NCBI RefSeq assembly: GCF_004010195.1
Contig: NC_057759.1
Location: forward strand, 2,213,199 to 2,277,198
Direction: 5' to 3'
Source of the DNA: Chiloscyllium plagiosum
Lineage: Eukaryota
Length of the DNA stretch: 64,000 nt
In this document: positions 36,650 through 47,249 of the stretch, piece after piece
Layout: each line of letters begins with the position of its first letter
How positions within the stretch are numbered: the stretch's first letter is position 1
Translations under genes and position numbers: made by a program
The notes under the pieces: generated by a model
Told to the model about the DNA's origin: nothing
Database searches by the model: none
What the model saw: only the letters and a program-made list of their open reading frames with translations

Positions 36650-37760
36650 ATTTGGAAAACAAAGACAATTTTTTTTATCAAGAGCGGGACAATAGTGAAT
36701 GAGTTTAAAATTGCAGGGAACATAAAAACTGACTGTAAAAGCTTCTGCAAACATGTGAAGAGAAAAGTATTTATGATGACAATTGTAGGTGCATTGCAGT
36801 CTGAATCGAGGGGATATTATAATGGCAGAAGATTTGAGTGCATAATTTGGGTATGTCTTCTCAAAAGAGGGAAATAAATCATCTCCCAGTAAATGTTAGA
36901 TAACCAACATCTATTGAGAGGGAGGAACTGAAAGAAATTAGTAATAGTAGGGAAATGGTGTTGGGGAAATTAGTGGGATTGAAGATTGATAAGTCCTGAG
37001 GGACTCTTAATTGATATCTCAACATCCTTAAGAAAGTGGAACTGGATATAATGGGTTCATTGTTGATAATGCTTTAAGATTCTATAGACTTGGGAATAAT
37101 TCCCACATATTGGAAGAGAGGCAATGTAATCCCTCTGTTTAAAATGTAGGTGGCAGAAAGAGACAAAAATAAACACTGAGTATTACAGACCTGATAGCTG
37201 AACATCAGTAAGTAAGGGGGATTCTGGGAATACCTATAAAAGGCGTGATGACAGAACACTTAGAAAGCATTAAAGACATTGTACAAAGCCAGAATTATGA
37301 GAGGCAGAAGAATCTTAGTAAATCAGCCGTCATTTTCTGAGGGTCTAAGGATAAATAAGGGAGAAGCAGTGCATGTAGCTTATTTGGTTTTTCAGAAGAC
37401 ATTTGAGATGAGGTTGATGTGCAAAGCGAAAGGACAAGAGTTTGATGGTAGTATACTGATGTGAATTGAGAATTAGTTGAGAGACGAGAGAGAGAGTGGG
37501 AATAAATGTGTCTTTTACCCAAGAGGTAAATTGTGACTAGTGAGATACTGCAGGAACTGATACATGGGCCCCAGCCACTCTTAATATATATTAATTACCT
37601 GGATGAGGGAGCTAAGTGCAACAGTTCCAAGTTTGCTCATGACACAAAACTGGCCAGGATTGTGAGGAGGATGCAAAGGAAGTGATTTAGACAATTTGAG
37701 TGAGTGGGCAAACACATAGCAGATGCAGTACAACGTGGATAAAAGTCTTTTTGTGGCTAG
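36650..37760 (+). mobile_element. Decayed CR1 LINE ORF2 fragment
   Basis: IKTDCKSFCKHVKRK, AVHVAYLVFQKTF and SKFAHDTKL-like pieces. Confidence 0.75.
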
Positions 37761-37761
37761 A

Positions 37762-38168
37762 AGACATGACCCTCTCTCCCTCGTAGTGCTACACATAGAT
37801 GAAAAAAAAACACCATTTCGACTGGGACAGCACATCTATCCAGGGACAAGCTAAGCAAAGACATGCCAGAGAATTCCTAGAGACCTGGCACTCCAACCAC
37901 AACGCCATAAGCAGACACATAGAACTAGATGCCATCTACCAACCCCTCAGAAAATGAACAGGAAATGACATCACCACAAACCCCAGGAACTCCATCCAGG
38001 AGAAAGATATAAATAGAAAGCAGGAGACAACAGCTTCGCTTCACTTGGAGGTCACCACTGATGATGTTACCTAGCCAGGTAATGAAACGCCTGGATATCA
38101 AACCTACAGCTCAGCAAGCAAACCTACACCCTAAACCTCAACCTGAGCTACAAACCTTCAAAAACCTT
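37762..38168 (+). mobile_element. Penelope-like element 3' end with hammerhead
   Basis: HHFDWD..REFLETWHS..IYQPL; cca-CTGATGA(38058)-tGTTACCT..AGGTAAT-GAAA-CG-CC-tgg (cleavage triplet mutated). Confidence 0.82.
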
Positions 38169-38169
38169 G

Positions 38170-39245
38170 CTTTACTGAAATCCATATACATCGCATCAAC
38201 CGATTTACTCTCATCTACCTGTTTGGTCACTTTGTCAAAAAACTCAATAAGATTCGTTAGGCATGACCTACCCTTCACAAAACCATGCTGACTGTCCCTG
38301 ATCAGATTATTCTTTTCTGGATGGTTATAAATCCTATCTCTTATAACCTTTTCCAACACTTTACCAACAACTGAAGTGAGACTCACTGGTCCGTAATTAC
38401 CAGGGTTGTCTCTACTACCCTTTTTGAACATTTGCTATCTTCCAGTCCTCAGGCACTATTCCTGTAGACAATGATGATTTGAAGCTCAATGCCAAAGGCT
38501 CGGCAATCTCTTCCCTTGCTTTCCAGAGGATTCTACGATAGATCCCATCTGGCCCAGGGGACTTGTCTATTTTCACACTCTGCAGTATTTCTAATACCTC
38601 TTCCTTGTGAACCTCAATCTCTTCCAGTCTAGATGCAAGTATCTCTGTATCTTCCTCGCCAACATTTTCATTTTCTATAGTGAACACTGTCGAAAAATAT
38701 TTATTTAGTGCTTCCCCTATCTCCTCAACTCCACACACAACTTCCCACTATTGTCCTTGATTGGCCCTAATTTAGCTCTCGTCATTCTTTTATTCCTGAC
38801 ATACCAATGGAACGCCTTAGGTTTAACCCTGATCCTAGTTGTCAACAACTTCTCATGTCCCCTCCTGGCTCTTCTGAGCTCTCTCTTTAGGTCTTTCCTG
38901 ACTTCCTAGTAACCCTCAAGCGCCCTAACCGAATTTTCACATTTTGTCCTAACATAAGCCTTCTTCTTCTTCTTGACCAGGGATTCCATTTCCTTAGTAA
39001 ACCACGGCTCACACGTTCTATATCTTCCTCCCTGCCTGACAGGTACATACTTATCTAGGACACACAGGAGCTTTTCCTTGAATAAGCTCCACATTTTTTA
39101 ATGTGCTCATCCCCTGCAATTTCCTTCCCCATTCTACCTTTCCTAAATCTTTCTTAATTGCATCGTAATTTCCCTTCTCCCAGCTGTAACTCATGCTCGG
39201 GGGAGTACACCTATCCCTTTCCATCACTAAAGTAAACCTTACAGA
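38170..39245 (-). mobile_element. CR1 LINE ORF2 fragment
   Basis: KSPGPDGIY, QHGFVKGRSCLTNLIEFF, YMDFSKA. Confidence 0.92.
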
Positions 39246-39295
39246 GGCAATGCCCCCTTGTCTCGGGCCCTCCCACACAAGGGGAAACAACGTGT

Positions 39296-39612
39296 GGGCG
39301 GCACGGTGGCACAGTGGTTAGCACTGCTGCCTCACAGCACCAGAGACCTGGGTTCAATTCCCGCCTCAGGCGACTGACTGTGTGGAGTTTGCACGTTCTC
39401 CCCGTGTCTGCGTGGGTTTCCTCCGGGTGCTCCGGTTTCCTCCCACAGTCCAAAGATGTGCAGATTAGGTGAATTGGCCATGCTAAATTGCCCGTAGTGT
39501 TAGGTAAGGGGTAAATGTAAGGGTATGGGTGGGTTACGCTTCGGCGGGTCGGTGTGGACTTGTTGGGCCGGAGGGCCTGTTTCCACACTGTAATGTAATC
39601 TAATCAAATCTA
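39296..39612 (+). mobile_element. HE1 / V-SINE, young full-length copy
   Basis: GGGCGGCACGGTGGCACAGTGGTTAGC head with CpGs retained, V-domain, TAATC tail. Confidence 0.95.
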
Positions 39613-40348
39613 AAAACGTCTTCTGCAACAATGCTTTAAAAGCCTTGAAGTATATTGCATAAGGTCGCCTCTCCTTCTTGTAAATTCCAATGAGTAAGGC
39701 CCAACTTACTCAATTTCTCCCTCATTAGACAGCCCCTCCCTACCCAGCTCAGCTGAGTGAACCTTCTGTAGACTGCCTCCAATGCTGGTCTAACCTTCCT
39801 TCGATATGGGGCCCAAACTGTTTACTGGATCCTAGCTGTAGCCTGTATAGCTTTAGTAAAACTTCCCACCTTTTATACCCATTTCCTTTGAAATAAAAAC
39901 AATTTGTGTTCCCTGTAACCCATTGTATTTGCATGCTAGCTTTTTTTGTGATTCACAAAGAAGGACTCCTGAAATCCCTCTGATCCATAGCTTTCTACAG
40001 TCTTTCTCCATTTAAACAATACCCAGCTCCTCTATAGTTCCTGTCAATGGGATGCACTGCTCCTGAGAATTACAGAATTTTTTTTCCTGTATTTTGGATA
40101 GTGGGATGAAATGGGGAAAAGACACTGCGAAAGCAAAACTCGGTACCCCTTTTGGAAATTTGTTTTATAATCATAAGTGGAAGGGTTGGTTACACAGCTG
40201 CTTGTTGAAGCAGGAGGGAAAGTCATGTTGGATGATGAGCTGGAGTCAGGGACTTATATGAGTAGAGACTTTGCTGGCACCAGGCAGCTCATTGGTCTGG
40301 TTGGTTCTTATGCCCCATTATTAATTCAAGTCATTTCTTTCTTGACAG

Positions 40349-40636
40349 CTCCTGATTCGCTTATGAGTATTGAATCTGAGCCAATAGTTCTGAGGTATGA
40401 ACAGACACTGAAATTGAGTTGTCAATTCATGTTCCGTGCGCCCGATGAATTCATTTAGACATTTTATTGGGAAGGCTCTGTTGTGGCTGAGATCCAGACA
40501 AGAAATGAAACTGTTTCTTTTGAAAAGGAACGGGTTACGTTTGAAGATGCAGGACGGTATCGATGCCAAATGCAGTTTGTTAAGCATCCCAATGGTCCTG
40601 TATACACATCAGCTTACAAACATGTGGATGTGTGAG
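40349..40636 (+). pseudogene. C2-type Ig-domain exon with two in-frame stops
   Basis: ttcttgacAG|..|GTacgt, 288 nt, phase 1-1; PDSLMSIESEPIVLRYEQTLKLSCQFMFRAPDEFI*TFYWEG..VTFEDAGRYRCQMQF..KHVDV*; TAG 40456-40458, TGA 40633-40635. Confidence 0.88.
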
Positions 40637-40829
40637 GTACGTTTCACTTTAGAATATAAGAGTTAGAAGTAGAACGAGACCATTCAATCCCTGCAAAACC
40701 TGCTTCCCCCATTCCATACGACTGTGGCTGAACATATCTCAGCCTCATCTCTACCTCCCTGCCCCCACTCTCTTTAACCCGTCATGTTGACTTGAAACGA
40801 TGGCCAATGTTGAACCCTCAACATGTACC

Positions 40830-43800
40830 TGACACTCCCAATTCCAAAGTCAAGCTGACTGGTCTATAATTCCAAATGGATGTAGTCTATATGGACTTTA
40901 CTGAGGCCTTTGACAAGTTCCTGCATGGCAGACTAGTCACAAAGGTTGTGATCCAGGGAGAGCAAGCCTTATTGGATTCAAATTGCCTCGGTTCTAGGAA
41001 GCAGATGTGATGTTTGAAGGTTGTTTCTCAGACTGGAGGCCTGTGACTTGTGGTGTGCCACAGGATTCAGTGCTGGGACATGTGTTATTTGTTATTTACA
41101 CAAATGATCTGGCTGTAAATGTACAAGGCATGATTAATAAGTTAGTGGATGATACAAAATTAGAGTTACGGTTGACAGCAAGAAAGGTTATCAAAAATTA
41201 CAGAGGGATCTTGATCAGATGGGAAAGTAGTCTGAAGATTGGCATAATCAAAAATCCTTCTGACTCCTCCTCAAATTTATTAAGTGTTCTGGCATCCCCC
41301 ACAACCTCTGGGGAGGGCGGAGTGGTGAATTTCTACAGATTCACGCCTCCCTTCCCCGACTCCCAATTTTAAGAAAAGGGATTCCTCCTTATCTCTGCTT
41401 TCAGTCTGCTCAGCCCCTTACCCTGAAATAATGACCTCTCATTCTAGATTGTCTCACAGGAGGAAACATCCTCTCTTCAGTTGCTTTGTCGGCCCCACCC
41501 CACCCTTTCGCATCTTACTCTCAATCTTCTAAACTACAGAGAGTATACGTCGAAACCATTTAATCTCTCCACATAAGACAAACCCCTGGAATTGATTGAA
41601 TGGATCTCCGCTGAACAGCCTCCAATGCAATTACATCTCTCCTTAAGTAAGTGTACCTAACCACCACACAGTTCTCTGGATGCGAAAACCCTCAGACCTT
41701 GTACAGTTGCAGCAACATTTCCCTACTCAATTACACCATTCTTTCAGCAATTGCCAGTTGCCTTCCTTGCTGTAATAAGATTTGTGCACAAGGACACCCA
41801 GATCCCTCTGCACCGAATAACTTTGAAGTTTCACTCCTACTTGAATAATAAGTTGCACTTCTATTCCTTTGACCACAATGGGCAACCCCAATCATACTCG
41901 CATCAAATGTCAAATTTTGTCACTATTACCTAACCTATTCTGTTCCATTTCTAAATGTCTTATTTCTACCTTGCAATTTGGTTTCCCAACTATTTTAGCA
42001 CCATCTACAAATTTGCCTGGAGTAACTTCTATCCCTGTGTCCAAATCATGAATACAGATTCTAAATAGTTGGAGACAAAGGCTTAACCCTGTGAGTTGCA
42101 CTCATTATATCCCAGTCAAACAGAAAAAAGATCCATTTATCCTGACTCTGTTCGCTGTTGGCTAGTCAATCCGCTGTCTAAACTAATGTTGTTCCCTGAA
42201 TTTGATGTGGACATTATTTTGAAAGTTCGTCCTATGATTTGATTGATTTAATTCCCATCAAATCTAGAGGAAAATGTATTTCAGCAGCTGAAACGATGAC
42301 ACTGAGTGATTGGCATTATTGAAGCAGTAATAATCTGAGCGGTTAATTCTAGCTGATAACAGCACGGTACTGGCTCTGATATCAATAGCTGGCTGTAATG
42401 CCTATGGTTTTAGCCATCACCCATCTCCCTGATACTCCCAATTCCAACGTGAGGCTGACTGACCTATAATGCCCAATGGATGTTGTCTACATGGATTTTA
42501 ACAAGGTCCCCGCACAGCAGACTAGTCATAAAGGTTAGGGCGTCTAGGATCCAGGGAAACCTAACTAATTGGACTCAAATTTCGCAGAATTCTAGGCAGC
42601 AGAGAGTGATAGTTGAAGGTTTTTTTTCTTGGACTGGAAGCCTGTGACTAGTGGTACGCCACAGGAGTCGGTGCTAGGACCTTTGTTATTTGTTATTTAC
42701 ATAAATGGTCTGAATGTGAATGTACAAGGCATGATTAGTAAATTGGTGGATATTACAAAATTAGAAGGTATTAATGATAGCAAGGAAGAGGTTATCAACA
42801 ATTACTGAGGGATCTTGATCAGATGGGGAAGCTGGCTGAGGATTGGCAAATGCAATTCAATACATAGAAGTGTGAGGTGTCACACTGTAGAAAGTCAAAC
42901 CAAGATAGGAAATATAAAGGTCCAGAGACGTGAGTGGAACAGAGGATTCTAGGAGTGCAAACATATAGTTTGTTGAAGGCAGCATAATCGGGTGACAAGT
43001 TAGTTAAGGCATTTAGCATGCTGGCCTTCATCGGTCGAGGCATTGAACATAAGAGTTGGGACTTTATGTTGCTGTTGTATAAGTCGTTGGTGAGGCTGCA
43101 GTTGTAGTGTTGTGTACAGTTTTGAGCACCTTGTTATAAGAAAACATAGTTAAACTGGAAAGAGTGCAAAGAAGATTTATAAGGATGTTGCCAGGATGCG
43201 TAGGTTTGGGTTTGAGGAAGAGGTTGTCCAGGATAGGATTTTATTCCTTGGAACGTGGGAGAATGAGGGGTGACCTTATAGAGGTATATAAATCATCAGA
43301 GGCACGGACATGATGAATGCAAATAGTCTTTTTATCCCAGGAATGGGGAAATGACAACAAGAGGGCACAGGTTTAAGGTGAGAATGGAAAGATTTAAGAA
43401 GGACCTGAGGAGCAACTTTTTCATACAGACTATGGTGCGCATATGAAATGGATTGGAGGAGAAAATGGCTGAGGCAGGTACAATAGTAACATTTTTAAAA
43501 AGACATTTGGATAGGTACATGGATGGGAAGGGTTTAGAGGGATGTGGACCAAATGAGGGCAGTTGTAACTAGCTTAGTGTGAACCATAGTTGGCATGGAC
43601 CAGTTTGGACCGAACGGTCTGTTTTCCTGCTGTATTACTGGATGATCCTAACTCTCTTTTTAAATAGTAAGGTTGCATCATCAATCGTCTGATATGCAGG
43701 CACTATCCCAGCATCTGTGGGATACTCAAACAGTCTGTTGGATCCTTGAACACTGTCACCAATGCAACCATTAATTCTACAGCCACTTCCTTAACCACTC

Positions 43801-44545
43801 TGGAATGTAGTTTGGCAGGCCCTGAGGATTGATCTCCCTTCAATTTCATCAATTTCCCTAGCAATATTCCTTTATTTCCTTCCACTCAACAACTTCCGTG
43901 TTCCCCATCATTTCCAGCACATTTTTCATCGCCTCCTGTATGAAGACAGAAGTGAAGTATAAATTCAGTTCATCAGCCATTTCTTTGTTCCTCACTGTAA
44001 ATTCTCTTGTTTCCGAGTGCAATGGACTTAGATTAGTTTTCAGCAATACTTTTCGCTTTATATATTTGCAGAAGCCTTTCCAGTCTGTTTTTATGTTCCC
44101 AGCAAGCCCACACTAATACTCTAGTTTCCACTTCTCACGCAATCTTTTGGTCCCCCATCGGTGACTTCTGAACTGTTCCTCATCCTCAAGGCTACTCTTT
44201 CTTTTCTTGCTAATTTGAAATCCTTTTTGTTTTTTTTGCATCTAATACTATCTGAAACATCCTCTGTAAGCCATACTTTGGCCACTGTTCCAGTTTCACT
44301 TAAATCAGTTTGGAATAAATAATTGTAGTAGTTGACCATTAGCTCTTTGAATGCTCGCCACTGCCTACCCACTCTCATACTTTTCAGTAACATTTCCCAA
44401 TCTATCATAGCCTACCCACGCCTCATACTACCATAGTTTACTTTATTAACATTCAGAAACCTAGTCTCAGAATCTCACTCTCCATTCTAACGAAACATTC
44501 TATCATGCTATGAATGTTTATCCCAAAGGATCTCTCACAACTGCA
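40830..44545. mobile_element. Nested CR1 LINE fragments in both orientations
   Basis: GVPQDSVLG, KLVDDTKL and KFVDGAKI RT motifs and 3' UTRs. Confidence 0.85.
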
Positions 44546-44832
44546 CTATCTATCCTTCCAACAAAAAGCAATCTAAATGGACAAGCATATGGACGTACAT
44601 GGAATAGTGTAGGTTAGATGGGCTTCAGATTGGTATGCCAGGTATGGCAACATCGAGGGACGAACGGCTTGTACTGCGCTGTAGTGTTCTTTGTTCTATG
44701 TAAATACATAAAGCTATTCAGTCTATATCCATGCTTTAAAACTGATTTTAGATGTAATGGTGTCAGAAATACCTGCGAGTTAATGATTAACATCAAATGC
44801 AGAGTTGAAAATACATCAGTTAATTGCTGCTT

Positions 44833-45045
44833 AAATAACTCTACAGAGGCTGGTATTCAGTCAAGTCACCCTTTAATTACTTGTGTATAGTACAGGACAC
44901 GGACCCAGCTAGCTCAGAGCTGGCTCCTAATTCCCTGCCACCACTGTTTACATCTTTCAGCCAGAACTCTCTGATTGCACCAGATTAACAGCCCCAATCG
45001 GGGAACTCACATTCTATGTGTTCCACCCGGCTGACATCATCACAC
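44833..45045 (-). mobile_element. Solo LTR related to the 29895 Gypsy LTR
   Basis: Reverse complement gtcagccgggtggaacacatagaatgtgagttccccgattgggg..gctgggtccgtgtcctgtactat matches 29910-30070. Confidence 0.65.
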
Positions 45046-45151
45046 CGACTCCAATTGTGAAGCAGATATCCAAGCAACAGACATTGAAAATGATTAATCA
45101 AAATCTTATGGTTTACATCACAAAACATTTTAACCACTCTGTCAATTTCAG

Positions 45152-45418
45152 ATATTCCGGTGATTTTGCAGGTGAATCCCAGGCTGCAGAAAGCCGGTGA
45201 TTCCATCACACTGAATTGTACCTGTGCCCAGGATCACATGTATGGGAGAGGACAAATTTCCTTCCACAGAAACGAAACTCTTGTGAGTTCTGATTCTGTA
45301 TCTCACAACATCTATTGCATCCACCAAGCGAACCCAATGGATTCAGGATGGTACCACTGCATGGTTTTCCAGAACCTTTCGATGTTCACGTCCCTCGGGG
45401 TAGGAGTCACTGTCCAGA
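45152..45418 (+). CDS. Intact C2-type Ig-domain exon, FcR/FCRL-like
   Basis: atttcAG|..|GTGAGT, 267 nt, phase 1-1; IPVILQVNPRLQKAGDSITLNCTC..ISFHRN..DSGWYHCMV..VGVTVQ. Confidence 0.9.
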
Positions 45419-45844
45419 GTGAGTGAACCGAGTGGCCGCGGTGCGGTGGGAGGTGTGGGGAGAGTCTAACACGGGATGGAAACCATAGTTCACTAGCGCT
45501 GATCTGGCTAAATGGAAATCGTGTCTTTCGTTTCTCATCTTGAAACCAATCAGGACACTTTGCAAGAGTTCTAACTTGAGCGGGAGCAAATTGACATTGG
45601 CTATGGAAGAGAGGGGATTGATTGGCTGTCTGGTTCCTATGGAGGACGTGACGGTCAATGCAACTGCTCAAAATAGGCCTGAAATCTTCACGTCATCTTC
45701 TATAGCTTTTAGAATAATCCCAGTTTTTCTCTCCAAATTTATCTACTGGAAATGAGGGTGAGTTTCAAGAGGAGTGTTCCACGATTAGTAAACCACCGAT
45801 ATTCACCTCTGCCCTAATCTTGAGACCAGATTCTAACTGAAGTA

Positions 45845-47141
45845 GTTCTGTTCGCCGAGCTGGGAATTTGTGTTGCAGACGTTTCATCCCCTGTCTAGGT
45901 GACATCCTCAGTGCTTGGGAGCCTCCTGTGAAGCGCTTCTGTGATCTTTCCTCCGGCATTTGTAGTGTTTTGTATCTGCCGCTTCCAGTTGTCAGTTCCA
46001 GCTGTCCGCTGCAATGGTGGGTATATTGGGTCCAGGTCGATGTGCTTATTGATTGAATCTGTGGATCAGTGCCAAGCCTCTAGGAATTCCTTGGCTGTTC
46101 TCTGTTTGGCTTGTCCTATAATAGTAGCGCTGTCCCAGTCGAATTCATGTTGCTTGTCATCGGAGTGTGTGGCTACTAAGGATAGCTGGTCGTGTCATTT
46201 CGTGGCTAGTTGGTGTTCATGGATGCGGATCGTTAGCTGTCTTCCAGTTTGTCCTATGTAGTGTTTTGTGCAGTCCTTGCATGGGATTTTGTACACTACA
46301 TTTGTTTTGCTCATGCTGGGTATCGGATTTCTGGGTATCCAGAAAGAAGGACCAAATACCCANNNNNNNNNNNNNNNNNNNNNNNNNNNNNNNNNNNNNN
46401 NATGTATTCGCCAAAAACGGATACCCGCGCAATTTCATCAACAGATGCCTAAGGGAAAGACAATGGAATGAGGACATGCCACAACCCAAAGGACTAGCCA
46501 CACTACCATACATCAGGAGCATTTCCGAACTGACAGCCAGACTACTGCGACTATTAGGACTCATAACAGCACACAAACCAACAGCTATTCTCAGACAACA
46601 ACTCACCGGGACGAAGGACCCAATACCCAGCATGAGCAAAACCAATGTAGTGTACAAAATCCCATGCAAGAACTGCACAAAACACTACATAGGACAAACT
46701 GGAAGACAGCTAACGATCCGCATCCATGAACACCAACTAGCCACGAAGCGACACGACCAGCTATCCTTAGTAGCCACACAAGCAGATGACAAGCAACATG
46801 AATTTGACTGGGATAACACTACTATTATCGGAAAAGCCAAACAGAGAACAGCCGGGGAATTCCTAGAGGCATGGCACTCATCCACAGATTCAATCAATAA
46901 GCACATCGACCTGGACCCAATATACCGACCACTGCAGCGGACAGCTGGAACTGACAACAGGAAGCGGCAGATTCAAACTACTACAAATGCCGGAGGAAAG
47001 ATCACAGAAGCGCTTCACAGGAGGCTCCCAAGCACTGAGGATGTCACCTAGACAGGGGACAAAACGTCTGCAACACAAATTCCCAGCTCGGCGAATAGAA
47101 CCACAACAACGAGCACCCGAGCTACAAATTTTCTCACAAAC
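45845..47141 (+). mobile_element. Penelope-like retroelement with inverted 5' copy; RT thumb and GIY-YIG endonuclease
   Basis: FAKNGYP..LPYI..NVVYKIPCKNCTKHYIGQTGR..RIHEH (46402-47051); 45845-46330 is its inverted repeat; hammerhead motifs at ~45880-45912 (-) and ~47035-47068 (+, GAAA mutated to AAAA); 39-N gap inside. Confidence 0.95.
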
Positions 47142-47249
47142 TGGAGATAATTTGGATGTCTGTGGCCTCTGCCTATTTAATTTGGCCTAATTCTGTGCAA
47201 GGGTTTTGCATTTGCTGGGTGCGTGTAATTTGATTGTTCTCAGTCTGTG

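Noticed and set aside
35532..36754. Long ORFs of 145-292 aa
   Set aside because: Products of dinucleotide low-complexity sequence (SLSL/HTHT)
39296..39370. tRNA genes at SINE heads
   Set aside because: A/B boxes belong to tRNA-derived HE1 SINEs and continue into the V-domain
40101..40142. Alternative small exon after a strong pyrimidine tract upstream of Ig1
   Set aside because: 41 nt, contains TGA in the leader frame and ends in phase 0, incompatible with the phase-1 Ig exon
42270..42420. Relic Ig exon (ETMTLS.., TARYW)
   Set aside because: Too short, multiple stops and frameshifts, no cysteines
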